Assembly (NCBI GenBank): GCA_017550645.1
Contig: JAFZOI010000017.1
Coordinates: 1,073-65,072 of the forward strand
Reading direction: 5' to 3'
DNA length: 64,000 nt
Source of the DNA: Oscillospiraceae bacterium
Lineage (GTDB): Bacteria > Bacillota > Clostridia > Oscillospirales > Oscillospiraceae
How positions within the stretch are numbered: position 1 is the first letter of the stretch; each line of letters begins with the position of its first letter. The position numbers and the translations under genes were made by a program. This document shows, in pieces, positions 11,018 through 19,723 of this stretch. The notes beneath the pieces are model-generated. The model saw only the letters and a list, made by a program, of their open reading frames with translations. It did not search any database and was not told the DNA's origin.

Positions 11018-12004
11018 TTATTTTTCGGGTCTTGAAAAACCCGATTTGAGTTTCCTGATGAGCGCGGGACACAGAAACGCGAGTATGATAGCGAGCGCCG
11101 GAGCTATCCATGCGAGGATAAAGAGCGTCCAGAGCGCAAGTCTGATCTGCGCGCTGCGGGCGGCGTTTTCCCAGAACGGGAATTCGACCGGGGACTTCGA
11201 CATCCCCGCCGCGGGAAGCCCTCCCGTCAGGCGCAGGATATTCAAGGCCGAAAAGCGGCCCGTATCGACCTGCTTGACGGCGGAGCCGGCATACACGCCG
11301 TTTATTATCCTCTCCGCGTTGCCTTTGACCGGCTCGGGCAAGACCGCTTCATAGCAGCTCACCGTCTCCCCTATCGTCAGATACGGCACGAAGATAACGG
11401 AGTCGACGTCGCCGAGAGCTTCACGCACGGCCTTGCCGCCGTCAAGCTTTACGACGCCGGTCACGACGTATTCTTCGCCCTGTATGCTGAGCGTCAGGCC
11501 TTCGACGTCTACAGCGCCGAAGAGCTTCCACGCCGCGGCGTCGTTCAGCACCACGCCGCGCCCTGAATCGTCCTGCGGATAATCGCCGTAGAGCAGAGTA
11601 TACGGATGGAAGATAAAAAAGCTCCCGCCCGTCCCTATGGCCGGGACTTCAAAGTACCCGCGGGCGCTCTTGACGGTCAGCTTCGCCTGATTTGAAAAGG
11701 CATAGCTTATCCCGCCCTCGAGCTCCTCCTTCGGTACTCCCGAGGACTTGAGCGCGGTGACGATGGATTCGTTGTAATAAAGCACGTCGAAATCCGTCAC
11801 AGTCTCGTTCGCGGCGAAGAAAACGCTGACCTGCGCAAAGCGGCCTCCGCTTTCTCCGGCGCGCTCGGCTGCGTACATATCCGGCAGCGAAGATTTTATC
11901 TTCTCCATCCGGACGACCGTGAGCGCGAGCAGGATAAGCGCGAGGACAAGCAGCATGACGAGAACGATAGTTTTTCGTTTTGTCTCTTTCATCGAACAGC
12001 CCAC
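11018..12004 (-). CDS. membrane protein with MacB-periplasmic-core-like domain (no FtsX 4-TM module)
   Basis: 328 aa with one N-terminal and one C-terminal TM. The extracytoplasmic part has a MacB_PCD-like stretch (VVLNDAAAWKLFGAVDVEGLTLSIQGEEYVVTGVV). Confidence 0.5.
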   Translation of the reverse strand: MGCSMKETKRKTIVLVMLLVLALILLALTVVRMEKIKSSLPDMYAAERAGESGGRFAQVSVFFAANETVTDFDVLYYNESIVTALKSSGVPKEELEGGISYAFSNQAKLTVKSARGYFEVPAIGTGGSFFIFHPYTLLYGDYPQDDSGRGVVLNDAAAWKLFGAVDVEGLTLSIQGEEYVVTGVVKLDGGKAVREALGDVDSVIFVPYLTIGETVSCYEAVLPEPVKGNAERIINGVYAGSAVKQVDTGRFSALNILRLTGGLPAAGMSKSPVEFPFWENAARSAQIRLALWTLFILAWIAPALAIILAFLCPALIRKLKSGFSRPEK

Positions 12005-12014
12005 CGATCTACGC

Positions 12015-12680
12015 TCAGCCCGCGGCCAGCTTGACTTCCCGCCCCGGCTCTATCGGCTTCGACGATTCGATTATCACGGTGTCGCCCGCGCTTATCGAGC
12101 CGACGACCGCCGAATTCGTATCGTCCCTGTCAAATACCGAGACGGCCGCCCGCTCCGCCGTATAGCGGTTGCCAAGCGGCGTGCGCTTTTCTCTCAGCGT
12201 CAGCACGAAGAGACCGCTCCCGTCCTCGCGGACGGCGCTGTTGGGCACGACAGTCTGATAGGACGCGGCGGGCGCGCCGGCGGTTATGTATATCCTCGTG
12301 CCGACGTCCACATTTTCTATGCTGAAGACGAGTATCGTCCAGTCGGCGTCTTCCTCATAGGGTATCTTGGCGATGAGCGTCGCGGACGCGCCTCTCGGCA
12401 GCCGGACGCCCGAAACGGAGGCCTTCTCGTTCAGGCGCAGCTTTTCCGCCATCTGAGTCGAGACCAGAAACCTGCCGACGGGCTGCGTCCCGTCGTCCTC
12501 GACTACGGCGCGGCCCATGGATCTGGCCGAGATGAAGCCCTCCCCAACGGTACAGGTCGAGACCTCCGGCAGGGACCAGTTCAGTATGGTGTTGGAGAAG
12601 AACGTCAGCAGGAGCATGACGGCGAAAAAGACTATCGCCGCGGGCTTTATCCATTTACGACGTTTTTCCGCGCTGTTCAC
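12015..12680 (-). CDS. short membrane-fusion (HlyD/RND adaptor)-like protein
   Basis: 221 aa. N-terminal TM anchor, then a beta-barrel-like region resembling the C-terminal half of periplasmic adaptor proteins (VVPNSAVREDGSGLFVLTL...GDTVII). Confidence 0.45.
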   Translation of the reverse strand: MNSAEKRRKWIKPAAIVFFAVMLLLTFFSNTILNWSLPEVSTCTVGEGFISARSMGRAVVEDDGTQPVGRFLVSTQMAEKLRLNEKASVSGVRLPRGASATLIAKIPYEEDADWTILVFSIENVDVGTRIYITAGAPAASYQTVVPNSAVREDGSGLFVLTLREKRTPLGNRYTAERAAVSVFDRDDTNSAVVGSISAGDTVIIESSKPIEPGREVKLAAG

Positions 12681-12699
12681 GGAGCTTCCCTCCCGAACG

Positions 12700-14160
12700 T
12701 TATTTCTGCTCCTCGAGGTAAAGCGTGTATCGCGTCTGGATGTTTTCGGCGGTCTGCTCGGCCGTCTGTATGCCGCCGAAGAAGGCCACCGCCTCCTTGG
12801 TGATGATCGTCTCGCCCTGACCGAAGATGTTCAGGCTGCTGACGGGAACGCTCGCGTTCTCAATAAGGTCCCGGAACGTCTGAAAGTCCTCCTGCGTATA
12901 TGGAACGTATCCGGGGTAGATTATCCCGCTGCGCTCGACGCCGCTAACGTCGGTGAACGTCTCGGCGTTTTTCATCGCCGCCTCCCGGTACTCCTCGAAG
13001 ACGGATCGCTTGAGCGGGATGGTGCGGAGCTCTCCGGCAAAGAATTCGGTGTATCTGACGTCCCACAAACTGTCGAGAAATTCGCGGACGCCTTCAAGGT
13101 TCGCGCTTTTCGCGGATACGGCGACGGGCAGCTCCGGGAAGCAGCCCGACGCGGCCGGAGACGTCCCGGGTATGCCGGTATAGACTATCTTCTCTCCGTC
13201 CAAGACGGTCAGCAGCGCCGCGTGAAGGGATTCTATTGCGCCGACCTCGCCCTGCGTTATAAAGAGCCCGAGCAGGGCGTCTTTATTCTTGACCGAGAGC
13301 GGCATCACGTCTCTCTGCCCCGTGCTCTGGACGTAGAGGTCCGTCTCGGTCATTATCGGCTCGGCGGGAAGGGTCTTGCAAAATTCCAGAAGACCGATGA
13401 ATTCAGGCGTATCGAAGCTGCACACGGAGGCGTTCTTGTCGACGAGCTCGGATATCTGTATCTCGGTCAGGAGCATGAAGGTATCAAGCGCGCCGAGCTG
13501 CGGGATAAACATCTTGTTGCCCGTGTCGAACTCTCTCCACGCGCGATAGAGGTTTTCGTATCCGGCTTCTTCGCCGAGCGTCTCCTTGAGCGCATAGCAG
13601 GTCACGATGGATACAGCGGACGAGACTCTGTAAAGCTTTCCGTCCGTCTCCATGGAGCTCAGCGGGCCGGAGAAGAATTCGTCCTTGTCGTACCACTCGT
13701 AGAGGTCGAGCAGGAGGCCCGCGGAGCCGTATTTTTCGACCGGCATACCGTAGGTCACGAGCATGTCCGGCATCTGCCCCGCGCCTATCTCCGAGTTGAG
13801 GACATACAGCGCCTCGGGGCTCGAAGCGTCGCCGTAGTCTATTATCTCGACTACGTATTTTTCGTTTTTCTTATTGAATCTGTCGACGGCCTGAGTGAGG
13901 CGATAATACGACTGCAGATCGTAGCTCGCGCCGTTTTCGTTTTTGAACGCGCCTACGGTCAGGATTATCCGGCCGTCCTCGGATACGGCCGGCGAAGGCG
14001 CGGCCGACGGGATATCGGTCGGAACGTCTGGGGTCGGCGAAGGCGGCGGCGCGCCGTTCCCGCATCCCGCGAGAATGATCAGGCTCAGAAAAAGGACTGC
14101 GGCGAGCACTCTTTTCATTGTCAATCTCCTCCTTTGATCGCTTCTGAAACTCTTCCTCAT
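12700..14160 (-). CDS. extracellular solute-binding lipoprotein (ABC, CUT1-type)
   Basis: 486 aa. Signal peptide plus lipobox (IILAGCGNG), Pro/Ser-rich linker and an SBP-like body. First gene of the operon that ends with the two permeases. Confidence 0.8.
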   Translation of the reverse strand: MRKSFRSDQRRRLTMKRVLAAVLFLSLIILAGCGNGAPPPSPTPDVPTDIPSAAPSPAVSEDGRIILTVGAFKNENGASYDLQSYYRLTQAVDRFNKKNEKYVVEIIDYGDASSPEALYVLNSEIGAGQMPDMLVTYGMPVEKYGSAGLLLDLYEWYDKDEFFSGPLSSMETDGKLYRVSSAVSIVTCYALKETLGEEAGYENLYRAWREFDTGNKMFIPQLGALDTFMLLTEIQISELVDKNASVCSFDTPEFIGLLEFCKTLPAEPIMTETDLYVQSTGQRDVMPLSVKNKDALLGLFITQGEVGAIESLHAALLTVLDGEKIVYTGIPGTSPAASGCFPELPVAVSAKSANLEGVREFLDSLWDVRYTEFFAGELRTIPLKRSVFEEYREAAMKNAETFTDVSGVERSGIIYPGYVPYTQEDFQTFRDLIENASVPVSSLNIFGQGETIITKEAVAFFGGIQTAEQTAENIQTRYTLYLEEQK

Positions 14161-14165
14161 TTTTG

Positions 14166-14220
14166 AAGGTTGACATTTGTTATCCTAACGATAGCATATA
14201 GTATAACAAATGTCAACCTT
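14166..14220. repeat. perfect 18-bp inverted repeat (aaggttgacatttgttat / ataacaaatgtcaacctt) with 19-nt spacer
   Basis: Read directly: arms at 14166-14183 and 14203-14220. Each arm carries TTGACA. Lies immediately upstream of the SBP operon start at 14160. Confidence 0.85.
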
Positions 14221-14362
14221 ATTTATGCTTTTATCACACTCCCCTCTTTTTCAACGGAAGGTCTACGAAAACCGCTTTTCAGTTCACAAGCAGTCGTTTC
14301 AGGGGCATGAAATGTCAAAAAGACCGGAGCGGAAATCCCGCTCCGGTCTTTTCATATCCGGC

Positions 14363-15178
14363 TCAGAAGAGCTTTTTCGTCTTGTCCCACTCGGGACCGG
14401 TCATGAGGCCCCATGCCTCGAAGATCGTGTTGTAAAACGGCGGACGGGAGAATTCCTCCTTCATCGTCGGATAGAAGGAATTGACGGTGCCGTGGGTCGT
14501 CTGGTACTCGACGCCCTTATAGAACTCCTCCTCGCGCTGGGCGGGGACGGAGAGGATGATGTCGTCCTCGGGAGTCATGCCGCGCTCGTACTCGCCGGGA
14601 TCGGGGAGAGTTATCCTGTACTTGCCCTCCAAAATGGCAGGCACGACGGAGTAGGTGCAGGAATCGAGCGGCGTGAAGCTGCTCTCGACCATGGAATGTA
14701 TCTGGGAGTCGATGGCCATGAGGAGCACGCGGAGCTGATAGTTCTTGCAGTAGATGAGCGTCACGTCGGGCTTGAAATCGGCCTTATCCAGCGGCGCGAC
14801 GAGGACGCCTCTGTACTCGCCGTAGGGGATGCAGGGGAAGCTGTCGACGAAGGCGTCGGCGGACTCCATGCTTGTTCCGAGCTGCTTGTGCATGGCGCGG
14901 AAGCCCTTCTTGGCGGTCTCGTTGTCGATCATGCCGTAGACGATGATCGGGTTCCAGCACCAGTGGTCCTCTTTCTCCATGTAGATGGTCTTGCCCTGAC
15001 GGCGGGCATAGGCGAACGCCTGACATACGGCGATATGATAGCCCCAGTCCTTCATCGGGCGCACGGCCCCCTCGGGGACCTCGGACTCGTCCTTGATGAG
15101 CTTGAAGGCGACGCCGGGATATCTGAGGCCGACGAGCTTGACGAGCAGGTCATGGTACTTCTTGTTGTTCTCCAGCAT
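14363..15178 (-). CDS. DUF169 domain-containing protein
   Basis: 271 aa. Sequence pattern typical of DUF169/COG2043 (VGLRYPGVAFKLI...MKDWGYHIAVCQAF...). Confidence 0.75.
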   Translation of the reverse strand: MLENNKKYHDLLVKLVGLRYPGVAFKLIKDESEVPEGAVRPMKDWGYHIAVCQAFAYARRQGKTIYMEKEDHWCWNPIIVYGMIDNETAKKGFRAMHKQLGTSMESADAFVDSFPCIPYGEYRGVLVAPLDKADFKPDVTLIYCKNYQLRVLLMAIDSQIHSMVESSFTPLDSCTYSVVPAILEGKYRITLPDPGEYERGMTPEDDIILSVPAQREEEFYKGVEYQTTHGTVNSFYPTMKEEFSRPPFYNTIFEAWGLMTGPEWDKTKKLF

Positions 15179-15297
15179 TATTCTTCCTCCTCTGCCGCCT
15201 CGGCGGCGTTTTTATCTTTTAATAAGTATACTCCATTCCTCGCCGTAATTCAAGGCGGTCCGCGCCCGATTTTTCCTCCGAGGGAGCCTCGAAGGCG

Positions 15298-15326
15298 TTG
15301 AAAAGCTCGTCCGCGTGTGATAATAT
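15298..15326 (+). promoter_or_regulatory. promoter TTGAAA-17-TAATAT
   Basis: TTGAAA 15298-15303, 17-nt spacer, TAATAT 15321-15326. Upstream of the NifU-like/GGGtGRT pair. Confidence 0.45.
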
Positions 15327-15389
15327 CCTCATATAGGGCGTCGTCATGCCCGGGCCGACAAGGCCAAGCAATCTGCAAGGAGTGAAAAC

Positions 15390-16082
15390 ATGATCTATTC
15401 AAGCGAAGTAGAGCACATGTGCCCCGTCGCCAAAGGCGCGTATCACGGCCCCGCTCCCATCCCCGAGGAGGGCAAGTGGGTCCAGGCAAAAGAGATAAAG
15501 GATATAAGCGGGCTCACCCACGGCGTAGGCCGCTGCGCTCCCCAGCAGGGCGCCTGCAAGCTCACGCTCAACGTCAAGGACGGCATAATCGAGGAGGCGC
15601 TCGTCGAGGTCATCGGCTGCTCCGGCATGACCCACTCGGCGGCGATGGCCTCCGAGATACTGCCCGGCAAGACACTGCTCGAGGCGCTCAACACGGACCT
15701 CGTCTGCGACGCCATCAACGTCGCGATGCGCGAGCTTTTCCTCCAGATAGTATACGGACGCAGCCAGACGGCGTTCTCCGAGGGCGGCCTGCCCATAGGC
15801 GCGAGCCTCGAGGACCTCGGCAAGGGCATGCGCAGCCAGGTCGGCACGATGTTCGGCACGAAGGCCAAGGGCGCGCGCTACCTCGAACTCACCGAGGGCT
15901 ACGTAAACCGCATCGCCCTCGACGAGAATAACGAGATCATAGGCTACGAGTTCATCAGCCTCGGCAAGATGATGGACTTCATAAAGAAGGGCGTCGACGC
16001 AAACGAGGCGCTCGAGAAGGCCAAGGGCACCTACGGCCGCTTCGGCGACGCCGTCAGGTACGTCGACCCGCGTCAGGAATAA
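15390..16082 (+). CDS. NifU/IscU-like iron-sulfur scaffold-domain protein (partner of GGGtGRT protein)
   Basis: 230 aa. NifU_N-like core (GVGRCAPQQGACKLTLNVKDGIIEEALVEVIGCSGMTHSAAMASE). GGAG SD upstream. Confidence 0.7.
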   Translation: MIYSSEVEHMCPVAKGAYHGPAPIPEEGKWVQAKEIKDISGLTHGVGRCAPQQGACKLTLNVKDGIIEEALVEVIGCSGMTHSAAMASEILPGKTLLEALNTDLVCDAINVAMRELFLQIVYGRSQTAFSEGGLPIGASLEDLGKGMRSQVGTMFGTKAKGARYLELTEGYVNRIALDENNEIIGYEFISLGKMMDFIKKGVDANEALEKAKGTYGRFGDAVRYVDPRQE

Positions 16083-16089
16083 GGAGGGC

Positions 16090-17097
16090 ATGCAGATGGC
16101 ACTTTTTGAAAGCTACGAGCGCCGCATCGACAAGATAAACGGCGTGCTCGCCGAGTACGGCATATCCTCCGTCGAGGAGGCAAAGGAGATCTGCGCCGCG
16201 AAGGGCGTCGATCCCTATTCCATCGTCAAGTCCATCCAGCCCATCGCCTTTGAAAACGCGGGTTGGGCCTATACGGTCGGCTCCGCGATCGCGATAAGAA
16301 AGGGCGTCAAGACCGCCGCCGAGGCCGCCGAGGCCATAGGCATCGGCCTGCAGAGCTTCTGCATCCCCGGCTCCGTCGCCGAGGACCGCAAGGTCGGCCT
16401 CGGACACGGAAATCTCGGCGCGATGCTCCTGCGCGACGAGACCAAGTGCTTCGCCTTCCTCGCCGGACACGAGAGCTTCGCCGCCGCCGAGGGAGCCATC
16501 GGCATCGTCCGCAACGCCAACAAGGCCCGCAAGGAGCCCCTGCGCGTCATACTCAACGGTCTCGGCAAGGACGCTGCGCAGATCATCTCCCGCATAAACG
16601 GCTTCACCTACGTCCAGACGCAGTTTGACTACTATACGGGCGAGCTCAAGATCATCCGCGAGATCGCCTATTCCAAGAGCGAGCGCGCGCAGGTCCGCTG
16701 CTACGGCGCGGACGACGTGCGCGAGGGCGTCGCCATCATGCACTTTGAGGGCGTGGACGTCTCCATAACTGGCAACTCCACCAACCCGACGCGCTTCCAG
16801 CACCCTGTCGCCGGGACGTACAAGAAGGAATGCGTCGAGCAGGGCAAAAAGTACTTCTCCGTCGCCTCCGGCGGCGGCACGGGCAGGACGCTCCACCCTG
16901 ACAACATGGCCGCCGGCCCCGCCTCCTACGGCATGACCGACACCATGGGCCGCATGCACTCCGACGCGCAGTTCGCGGGCTCGAGCTCCGTCCCCGCGCA
17001 CGTCGAGATGATGGGCTTCCTCGGCATGGGCAACAACCCGATGGTCGGCGCGACGGTCGCCGTCGCGGTCGCGGTCGCCGAGGCGCTGAAGAAATAA
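16090..17097 (+). CDS. GGGtGRT family protein
   Basis: 335 aa containing the name-giving motif VASGGGTGRTLHPDN. Lies 7 nt after the NifU-like gene. Confidence 0.8.
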   Translation: MQMALFESYERRIDKINGVLAEYGISSVEEAKEICAAKGVDPYSIVKSIQPIAFENAGWAYTVGSAIAIRKGVKTAAEAAEAIGIGLQSFCIPGSVAEDRKVGLGHGNLGAMLLRDETKCFAFLAGHESFAAAEGAIGIVRNANKARKEPLRVILNGLGKDAAQIISRINGFTYVQTQFDYYTGELKIIREIAYSKSERAQVRCYGADDVREGVAIMHFEGVDVSITGNSTNPTRFQHPVAGTYKKECVEQGKKYFSVASGGGTGRTLHPDNMAAGPASYGMTDTMGRMHSDAQFAGSSSVPAHVEMMGFLGMGNNPMVGATVAVAVAVAEALKK

Positions 17098-17111
17098 TCC
17101 CGCATAAAGCA

Positions 17112-17150
17112 AAAGCAGGATGGCCTTCCGGTCATCCTGCTTTCTTTATT
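17112..17150. terminator. bidirectional terminator
   Basis: Hairpin agcaggatggcc..ggtcatcctgct followed by tttctttatt, with an A-run on the other side. Confidence 0.7.
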
Positions 17151-17418
17151 TGAGCTTGAAAAAGATGAGGAGCGCGAGCGCGGCATGTATCGCGAGGCCG
17201 AGGATATTGACGGCCCAGAAGTACCAGTGCTTGGTCTTGTGGCGGAATACCTCCATGCCGATGAGGCCGCCGAGCGCGCCCCCGAAGAGCCCGAAGAGCA
17301 GCAGGACCGCCTCCTTGATGCGCCATGCGTGCTTTTTTGCCTTGGCCTTGTCCGCGCCGTAGAGAATGAGCGTTATCAGGCTCATGACGCCGATGAAAAT
17401 GAGGTAATATTTGAGCAT
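17146..17418 (-). CDS. DUF1294 domain-containing membrane protein
   Basis: 90 aa. YGADKAKAKKHAWRIKE...FRHKTKHWYF is the typical DUF1294 pattern. Confidence 0.8.
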   Translation of the reverse strand: MLKYYLIFIGVMSLITLILYGADKAKAKKHAWRIKEAVLLLFGLFGGALGGLIGMEVFRHKTKHWYFWAVNILGLAIHAALALLIFFKLK

Positions 17419-17436
17419 GCGCTTCTCCCCTCCCCG

Positions 17437-17910
17437 TCAGCGGCCGAAGAAGCCGCCTATGGCGTTGACGGCCGAGCCGAGCTTCGTCGCCGTCCCGTCA
17501 AGGGCCTCGACGAGGGAGTTGATCGAGGTTATATCGATATCCGAGAGGTTCTCCGCAGCCGCTTTCAGCGCGGCGACCGCCTCGTTTAGCTCGTCAGCGT
17601 CGACGGAGCCTATCTTGTCCGCCGCGCCGCGCAGGGCGTCGACGGTTTTCCCGAAGCCCTCCATGTCGAGCTCGTCTAGCTTTTCCGCCGCCTCGGCGAA
17701 GGAATCCGCCGCGTCGTTTATGGCCTCGAAATCCACCGTCTCTATCTCGCGCCTTACCGTGTCGACGACGGAGCTTATCTCGCGGAATTTGAGCGCGATG
17801 AAGAGCCCCGCGAGCAGCACGACGACGAGCATGACCGCGATGAGCACGGTCTGAAGACGGAGCAGGCGCACCTGCTTTTTGGCGAGCTTTGCGGACGTCT
17901 GGGCATCCAT
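17437..17910 (-). CDS. hypothetical membrane-anchored coiled-coil protein
   Basis: 157 aa with a single TM and an Asp/Ala/Glu-rich helical C-terminus. Abuts the upstream gene (stop 17911). Confidence 0.6.
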   Translation of the reverse strand: MDAQTSAKLAKKQVRLLRLQTVLIAVMLVVVLLAGLFIALKFREISSVVDTVRREIETVDFEAINDAADSFAEAAEKLDELDMEGFGKTVDALRGAADKIGSVDADELNEAVAALKAAAENLSDIDITSINSLVEALDGTATKLGSAVNAIGGFFGR

Positions 17911-18411
17911 TTACATACCTCCCTGCTGCGCTTCTTCCTTTGCGGGGTCCTTTCCGAAGAGCGCTCCGATGGAGAGGAACATCAGTATCGTCGCGGGGAC
18001 GCTGAGGATCGACGTCACGAACGACACGCCGCTGCTGAGCACGCTGTACGACGAGAGGGCGGTCGCCCCGCGTCTTGCGACGAGGCCGGTTATCCCCATG
18101 CCTATCAGCGGGATGATAAGCGCGTCGAACAGCACGAACAGGACCGCCATGACGATGCCCAAAGCCTTGACCGCGCCGCGCGACGGCTTGCCGAATATGA
18201 CGAGCATGAATATAAGCGCGAGCACGACGTGGATGACGGCGGCTGCGATGGACGCGAACGGGACGCTGCGTATGGCGAGGATCTCCTCCGACGAGCTGTA
18301 AAGACGCTTGATCGGGACCTGCGCGAAGATCGAGGCTATGCTGACGAGCAGCGCGACAGCAAAAAGGATGAACGCGATAAGCTGGAGTATCTTGCTTGTT
18401 TTCGTACTCAT
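17911..18411 (-). CDS. hypothetical integral membrane protein
   Basis: 166 aa with 4-5 predicted TM helices. Co-directional and contiguous with the next gene. Confidence 0.6.
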   Translation of the reverse strand: MSTKTSKILQLIAFILFAVALLVSIASIFAQVPIKRLYSSSEEILAIRSVPFASIAAAVIHVVLALIFMLVIFGKPSRGAVKALGIVMAVLFVLFDALIIPLIGMGITGLVARRGATALSSYSVLSSGVSFVTSILSVPATILMFLSIGALFGKDPAKEEAQQGGM

Positions 18412-18488
18412 GTTATCATCTCTCCAATGCTTATAATGCGCGTAAGGAAGAGGCTTCCCTCTTCCTTACGCAGTCATATTCTGTTTTT

Positions 18489-19034
18489 TTACTTGCCGAA
18501 GTATCTGTCGAGCAGGCCCTTGAGGGCTTTGCCGTGGCGGGCCTCGTCGCGTGCCATCTCATGGACGGTGTCGTGGATGGCGTCGAGATTGAGGGCCTTC
18601 GCGCGCTTGGCGAGGTCGGTCTTGCCGGCGGTGGCGCCGTTCTCGGCCTCGACGCGCATCTCGAGGTTCTTCTTGGTGGAGTCGGTCAGGACCTCGCCGA
18701 GGAGTTCGGCGAACTTCGCGGCGTGCTCGGCCTCTTCGTAAGCGGCCTTCTCCCAGTAGAGGCCTATCTCGGGATAGCCCTCGCGATGGGCGACGCGTGC
18801 CATGGCCAGATACATACCGACTTCGCTGCACTCGCCCTGGAAATTGGAGCGCAGATCGGCGATGATATCCTCGGGAACGCCCTGAGCGACGCCGACGACG
18901 TGCTCGGCGGCCCAGCTCATCTCCGCGGCCTGCTCCACGAACTTGGAGGCGGGAGCCTTGCAGACGGGGCACTCGGCGGGGGGATTCTCGCCCTCGTAAA
19001 CGTAACCGCAGACGCTGCAAACAAACTTTTTCAT
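18489..19034 (-). CDS. reverse rubrerythrin (N-terminal rubredoxin-like, C-terminal diiron ferritin-like domain)
   Basis: Start at [15 protein letters not shown] (ATG 19034, AGGAGGA SD). CxxC...CPVC rubredoxin motif first, then ExxH diiron motifs ([15 protein letters not shown]). The longest ORF reaches 19076. Confidence 0.85.
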   Translation of the reverse strand: MKKFVCSVCGYVYEGENPPAECPVCKAPASKFVEQAAEMSWAAEHVVGVAQGVPEDIIADLRSNFQGECSEVGMYLAMARVAHREGYPEIGLYWEKAAYEEAEHAAKFAELLGEVLTDSTKKNLEMRVEAENGATAGKTDLAKRAKALNLDAIHDTVHEMARDEARHGKALKGLLDRYFGK

Positions 19035-19131
19035 GGTTATCCTCCTGTCATGATCCCGACTGTCGCGGTCGGGCATTATTACTTTTTCTGGAAATGCGCG
19101 GAAAACGCGAGGCGCATTCCCTTTCCTATTC

Positions 19132-19160
19132 CTTATATCATATCACGCGGTGTTTGTAAA
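19132..19160 (-). promoter_or_regulatory. promoter TTTACA-17-TATAAG for rubrerythrin
   Basis: Minus strand: TTTACA (19160-19155), 17-nt spacer, TATAAG (19137-19132). Followed by a structured 5' UTR of about 90 nt. Confidence 0.5.
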
Positions 19161-19230
19161 CAGCAAAACCTATTTATGGGCCCTATTTAGCATGCGGGAC
19201 ACATCATACGGCCCTTTTCGGGATTTAGGC

Positions 19231-19259
19231 TTGCATTATGAAGGAATAATCGCTATAAT
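19231..19259 (+). promoter_or_regulatory. promoter TTGCAT-17-TATAAT for asp23-yloV
   Basis: TTGCAT 19231-19236, 17-nt spacer, TATAAT 19254-19259. Confidence 0.55.
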
Positions 19260-19319
19260 ATTTGAAACGTCAGATCGAATGAAAACGATCTCGGCCCATC
19301 AAGAAAGGGGTATCGTTTT

Positions 19320-19673
19320 ATGACGCAAAACTATAATGAATACGGCCGTGTGACCGTCTCCAACGAGGTCTACACAAGCCTCGCCGGCGCGGCGGCAATA
19401 AACTGCTTCGGCGTTCGCGGCATGGCTATGCGCTCCGTCAGCGACGGCCTCGTCCACCTCCTCAAGCGCGAGGTCATGAGCAAGGGCGTGCACGTCAGCT
19501 TCAACGAGGACCGCTCCCTCAATATCGAGCTGCACATCATCGTCAAGACCGGCGTCAACATCCCGGTCATCTGTGCATCCATCATCTCCGAGGTCGCGTA
19601 CAAGGTCCGCCTTGACGCCGGAGTCGAGGTCCGCGCCGTCGACGTCTACGTAGACTCCATAATGCCCGACTGA
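19320..19673 (+). CDS. Asp23/Gls24 family envelope stress protein
   Basis: 117 aa. GRVTVSNEVYTSLAGAAAINCFGV and IELHIIVKTGVNIPVI are typical Asp23 patterns. Confidence 0.88.
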   Translation: MTQNYNEYGRVTVSNEVYTSLAGAAAINCFGVRGMAMRSVSDGLVHLLKREVMSKGVHVSFNEDRSLNIELHIIVKTGVNIPVICASIISEVAYKVRLDAGVEVRAVDVYVDSIMPD

Positions 19674-19723
19674 CAAGGGGCTCTCATTACAGCCCTGCCG
19701 GGCGAGAATTATCGAGGTTTCAT

